NCBI GenBank assembly: GCA_905178155.1
Contig: CAJINV010000008.1
Coordinates: 2,232,001 to 2,296,000, forward strand
From: Amoebophrya sp. A120
Lineage: Eukaryota; Protista; Dinoflagellata
Length of the DNA stretch: 64,000 nt
Reading direction: 5' to 3'
In this document: positions 61,401 to 64,000 of the stretch, in pieces
How positions within the stretch are numbered: the stretch's first letter is position 1
How the letters are laid out: every line of letters begins with the position of its first letter
The notes under the pieces: model-generated
Database searches by the model: none
Told to the model about the DNA's origin: nothing
What the model saw: the letters and a program-made list of their open reading frames with translations, nothing else
Program-made: the position numbers and the translations under genes

Positions 61401-63807
61401 CCAGAACGGCTTCGGCCGCTGCAACCTGCTCAGGAGTCTCTGTGGTAGGCGTGCCAAAGGGGACGGAACAGGAGCAGGAGCTGCAAGGAGCTTCATCCGC
61501 ACAACAAAAGGAGCCAGCTACGTCTTCTCCCAAGAAGGAATGTGGTCCACCGCCTGGCGAGGACGAGGTGGGATCACATAGTACTTTGGTCGACAAGGAC
61601 AATGGTTGTAGAGGCGCGACGAGTTCAACTTTTTGCACGACAACAACTTCTACCACGACTGTCGTTACATCAACGCAAAGAGGGACGAAGCAGCAGATCA
61701 CGATAAAAAGCAACAAGCTCGCACAGCAGATGGAAGTGGATCCAGTGGGCACCACGGCGCAGCTATTCTCACATCTGGGGACCAAGGTGATGAATAACCT
61801 CGTTCGCGCGGGGGCGGCGGGGGAACACACCACGGAGATTAATATTGGCAAGACCGGGGGGTCGTCGACGTCGACGCCTTCTACCTCTTCGTTGCCAACC
61901 TCAACGTCCAAGATCCCTCTGGAATGCTTTCCGAAAGACCTTGTGCCGGTGCTGCGCAAAAAGAAGTCGAAAACCACGGCAGGGGCAGCAGGTGCAGCGA
62001 CGAATGTGTCTCCTCTTGGTGCTGGCACTGCTTCCTCTGCACGCACGATGGCCCCCGCCGGAGGTTCCTCCGCCGAGGAGACTAGTACAGAGCAGCTGCA
62101 AGAACAAGAACTCCCGTCTACTTCGCTCGCTGCAGAAGACCGGGTGGAATATGTGGCGACCGGAAAAAAGGCGATTCTACCCCCGGAGACGGAGAAGCTT
62201 GTCAAAGAGAAGATGAAATTGCTTTCCGCTTCGCAACACGCCGGCATGGAAATTGTGATTGAGCCAGAGGACAGCAGTTGTACTTTCCCAAGCAGCACTA
62301 GCAGTTGCGACGTTACTACCAGTGAGTCAAGAAACAAAAACTGTAGTTCTGCAGTCGCTGCTGTTGAACAAAGCGTCACCAGGACGTCGTCTTTTGGAGC
62401 ATCAGCTCCAGGAGTTGCAGGCCCAAAATCGCCTGTGACCGCCGAAGAGAAGTTAGCGATACGAAAGTTTCAAGAAGACAAGCTCGAGGCGAAGCGGCAA
62501 CGGATTGAACGATTGCTGCTGGAAGAGGAGGAGCTGCAGAAAAACAAACCGAAAAAGAAGAAGAAGAAGAAAAAGACGCAGGATGAGCAGGGCGCGGAAC
62601 AAGAGGAAGCTGCTGGCGCAGGTGAGATAAAGGTGGAGCAGAGCATCGATCGGGAAAACAGCCAGGACACTGTCGCCGCAGAGATGCTGGCGCAGCACGA
62701 GGTTCTTGCACAAGAGCCTGATGACGAAAGAACTTCGGACGCCTCGGAAGATCCGCCCACGCCTATCGAGATGAAAAAACCTTTTTTTCCGCTCCCGAAG
62801 GCGAGCTCTTAATGCTCTTAATTTTGTACGTGAATAATGTCTACTGTACATCACTATGCTATCTATCAATCTATGAAGCCCGCAGTTGTTCTGGAGCTAA
62901 GACTGCCGAGCTTCTTGGTACGATCATCTTTCAAGTTCTCACAATTTCCGCCTTTATTCCAGCTATGTGCCACGCCTACGTCGACGCACGAGGTAGATGC
63001 CTCCCCATAAAAAGTCCCCCATGGACAAGTTTGGCACTGCGGAACAAGTCTGTCTCCGAGATGAAGAATGAACTAGCGTGAAATACTTGATAGCGAGCGT
63101 CTTTCTTCGGGAGCCCAGAGCATGCGCGACAAACATTTCCGTGCTGTGGGGGGTTTGTCGTCTAGGGCGCTTTTTGTTGTGATATCCACCTCTGAGCACG
63201 CTACCACGTCCCCAGCTTCGACAAATCCGCAACATCAAGCGACCTCCAGCAGCGCGACGAAAGTGACACCGAAGAATCCGGGTGAGAAAGATGCAGAAAA
63301 AAGAGCAGACGGCACTAAAAAAGTGAAGACCACTCTGCAGCAGAACAGTGTGCAGTTCGCGGAGGAGGCTCCTGCAGAGACGAAAATTATGTCAAATCGC
63401 GAGAAAAAGCGTCTAGCACGAATGCAGCAGCAGCTAGCAGGGACTAACTCCAAGAATGATGCAGGTGTGGGCAAACCTGGAGAACATACTGCTGCAGCAG
63501 CTGCGACGGGAACTACCTCTGTTAAATTGCGTCAACAGCAGATCACGAGCACGGTTGCAGCCTTTGGTGATGAAGAGCCACTACCAACATCATCTCAGCC
63601 ACAGGCAAAGAAAAGCAAGACGAAGATGAAGAACGCAGCAGACACGACATTGAGCAAAGACGCTACCTCGTCCGCAAGCAAGAAAACGTCGGGCACTGCT
63701 GGTGGGAGTGACCAGAAGCGCAGTGCGTCATGCGCCGCCGCTGAGAAGAAATCTCCGCCCAACTATGCCACGGTGCCGCAAGACACAAGAATGGAGATCG
63801 CTAACAG
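55430..63807 (+). CDS. Large multi-exon low-complexity hypothetical protein (own gene or 3' part of the previous one); probably runs off the window
   Basis: In-frame joins across 55567, 56063, 58430, 59461 and 59661 elements link ORFs 55840, 56373 and 58784 and restore the exons leading into ORF 59792. Junctions ~59090-59410 and ~62810-63125 unresolved. GTGAGA donor at ~63808. Confidence 0.6.
55567..55829. mobile_element. Introner family A (reverse)
   Basis: TSD GCCGG. Confidence 0.9.
56063..56368. mobile_element. Introner family C
   Basis: About 55-bp TIR; TSD GAATT. Confidence 0.92.
58430..58780. mobile_element. Introner family E, degenerate
   Basis: Right end GGGTACGTTTTTACTCCTGACT; TSD TGCGT/TCCGT. 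Confidence 0.65.
59461..59605. mobile_element. Introner family H (145 bp)
   Basis: Close copy of 54600-54744; TSD GAAAA/GGAAA. Confidence 0.9.
59661..59921. mobile_element. Introner family A (reverse)
   Basis: TSD TGCGG; close relative of 8406-8660 and, in reverse complement, of 17779-18044. Confidence 0.9.
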
Positions 63808-64000
63808 GTGAGATTGAGCAAGATTGTTTCAAACACAACCTTTTGATGGCTATGGGTATGAAGATCATACATGGTGTTTCCGTTTCTATCTCGCCTCCTG
63901 CTTGATACGAAGTGAAACCTTCGGTACTAATTGAATACGAGCGTGATGCTTATTACGAGCTAGTAATCATGTATGACGATAAGTACAGATGAAACAGATA

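Noticed and set aside
1-64000. rRNA, tRNA or dinoflagellate spliced-leader sequence
   Set aside because: None recognised by eye; tRNAscan-SE/Infernal would be needed to exclude them formally.

Overview
Gene-dense eukaryotic (protist) DNA. The architecture strongly resembles the parasitic dinoflagellate Amoebophrya; this is an inference from intron structure, not a database match. Most recognisable genes are on the + strand. They are interrupted by about 55 MITE-like elements of 145-440 bp, roughly a quarter of the window. These have TAT...ATA termini, terminal inverted repeats (TIRs) and a 5-bp target-site duplication (TSD). Removing the element plus one TSD copy restores the reading frame through conserved motifs, so they behave as non-canonical introns (introners). 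At least eight TIR families are present (my labels A-H). They occur in both orientations and share an internal TGT[CGA]ATGC motif. A few ordinary GT-AG introns coexist with them. Reconstructed genes: a hypothetical protein, a COPI-associated/TVP-like membrane protein, a damaged minus-strand PUB-domain gene, a 2OG-Fe(II) oxygenase, two tandem polypeptide GalNAc-transferases, a large DUF4116-repeat protein, a pRiA4b-ORF3-like protein and several large low-complexity proteins. I saw no transposase, rRNA, tRNA or CRISPR array. Coordinates were counted by hand and may be off by a few bases. Splicing is inferred from DNA only.
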